From: Balanoglossus misakiensis
Lineage: Eukaryota; Animalia; Hemichordata
NCBI GenBank assembly: GCA_040954595.2
Contig: CM082578.2
Location: forward strand, 4,198,831 to 4,262,830
Length of the DNA: 64,000 nucleotides
Direction of reading: 5' to 3'
Both the position numbers and the translations under genes were made by a program. Each line of letters begins with the position of its first letter. Within the stretch, counting starts at the first letter, position 1. Of this stretch, positions 62,666 through 64,000 are shown in pieces. A model generated the notes under the pieces. The model saw only the letters and a program-made list of their open reading frames with translations. It was not told where the DNA came from and did not search any database.

Positions 62666-63126
62666 TTACAGGTGAGCCCAAAATTTTGCCTTTCATTTTG
62701 GCCCCATTGTGCTCACTGACCAATAGACAGTCACTGTACAGGACTATTGCACAGACCAGAATTCCACAATAAGACGTGGACATAGCTTAACCATAGAGGT
62801 ATAAGTAAAGGTATAAATTTAATAAAAAGACTAAAAAATTCATAAAAAATAAAACATCCATGATATCAACTTAACACTTACAGGTCGGTGTGAGGTTGAC
62901 ATACGGTACATGCATACCAATTTCCAAAGCAATCTGACCAGTAATTGTTGACTTACAGAGTTTTGATAAATTTCACATTTTACAAGCTAATTTGCATATT
63001 TTTGGGCCTGGCAACTTCGTTTGGACAAACTCCCATCTACAGCCCAGCCTGCACCTACACACCAAATATTGAGGTGATACGCGCAGCGGTTCTCAAGTTT
63101 TTGATGTGGACGGACATACAGACATA

Positions 63127-63987
63127 CCGTTAAAGTCATATTTGTAGACGCAGTCGTAATTATAGACGCACCCCTTTTCTGAGCTGGTTGCAATGTCACA
63201 AATTCAAAGATTTGGAAAAACGGAAAAGTACATATTATTAGACGCACCCTGCTTTCAACATGGTGGAGGACACGCCCCCTTTCATTCAATGTGGAAGACT
63301 GACTAACGGTGATTTTCTTTGCCATTGTTTCAACTGCCCATAATTGCTGGGTCTACGTCTTTTCCATTGTCTCAGTTGCCTATAATTGCTCAGCTGGTCA
63401 ACCAACGTCATGACACATGCATGAAATTAACATATGAATACACTTTGACATGTAGTTGACCTCTCATTAATTATCCTCTAAAATCATTTACTCTGATTGG
63501 TTGAAGTTTTCAATGACTGTCACTTTGACATGTGATGCCTTGTCACCCATTGACACATGGCTTCAGACGTAGTTGACCCAGATGGTGTTGACCCAGACAG
63601 TGTGTCTGATTTCATCAATGGGCATGTAACGTAATTTGCGTGGAAGTAGAAGCTAAGTCTCAGATTACATTATGGGGTGAATATATGGACAAGACATGAC
63701 ACTTGAAAATATCAAAAACTCAAACTTTGTATGAATAAAACGATTTTTGAACTGTATATATAACACAAGTCATGCAGCAGGAGTAGAAATGTATGATTGC
63801 ATACTGGGAAGTACTTTCTTTATGACCTGATTTTTGGCGATGTCTTCTCCTGAGAACAGAAAAAGTTTGTTTTGAAACTTGGCATACTTCCATATTATTA
63901 GACGCACCCTGATTTCAGGATCATTGTAGCAGTCGAAATATTGCAACTTTGTTAAAAAACCTGCGTTTACAAATATGACTTTAACGG
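63127..63987. mobile_element. Tc1/mariner-pogo-like MITE
   Basis: ta-CCGTTAAAGTCATATTTGTA..TACAAATATGACTTTAACGG-ta; TA TSD within the host (ACAT)n tract. Confidence 0.85.
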
Positions 63988-64000
63988 TACATACATCCAT

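Larger units (their letters stand above)
61231..64000. mobile_element. Family-2 HINE-like element with two nested insertions; runs off the window
   Basis: Same start and body as 10094-11366; the microsatellite resumes at 63990. Confidence 0.85.

Overview
This is AT-rich, intron-containing animal DNA. The domain content and repeat style suggest a marine invertebrate deuterostome such as an echinoderm (inference). One + strand gene spans about 2350-55521: signal peptide, 4 group-A SRCR domains (each split over two exons), a pentraxin/LamG-like domain, 2 HYR domains and a GAIN/GPS region of the polycystin-1-like / adhesion-GPCR type. The reading frame stops exactly at the GPS autoproteolysis site (CNHL*), because a 10-nt imperfect duplication sits between HL and TSF. 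No transmembrane exons were seen downstream, so this is either a secreted ectodomain-only derivative or a young pseudogene. Three phase-compatible exons of an unidentified - strand gene lie at 58465-60996. The introns are filled with non-autonomous DNA elements. These include a hairpin-ended Helentron/HINE-like family that appears to insert into itself (22.3-31.6 kb), a 3-kb palindrome, a four-level nest in which a CACTA element carries an interrupted BEN-domain gene, and TTAA-, TA-, 5-bp- and ~8-bp-TSD elements. All exon and element boundaries were read by eye; no searches were run.
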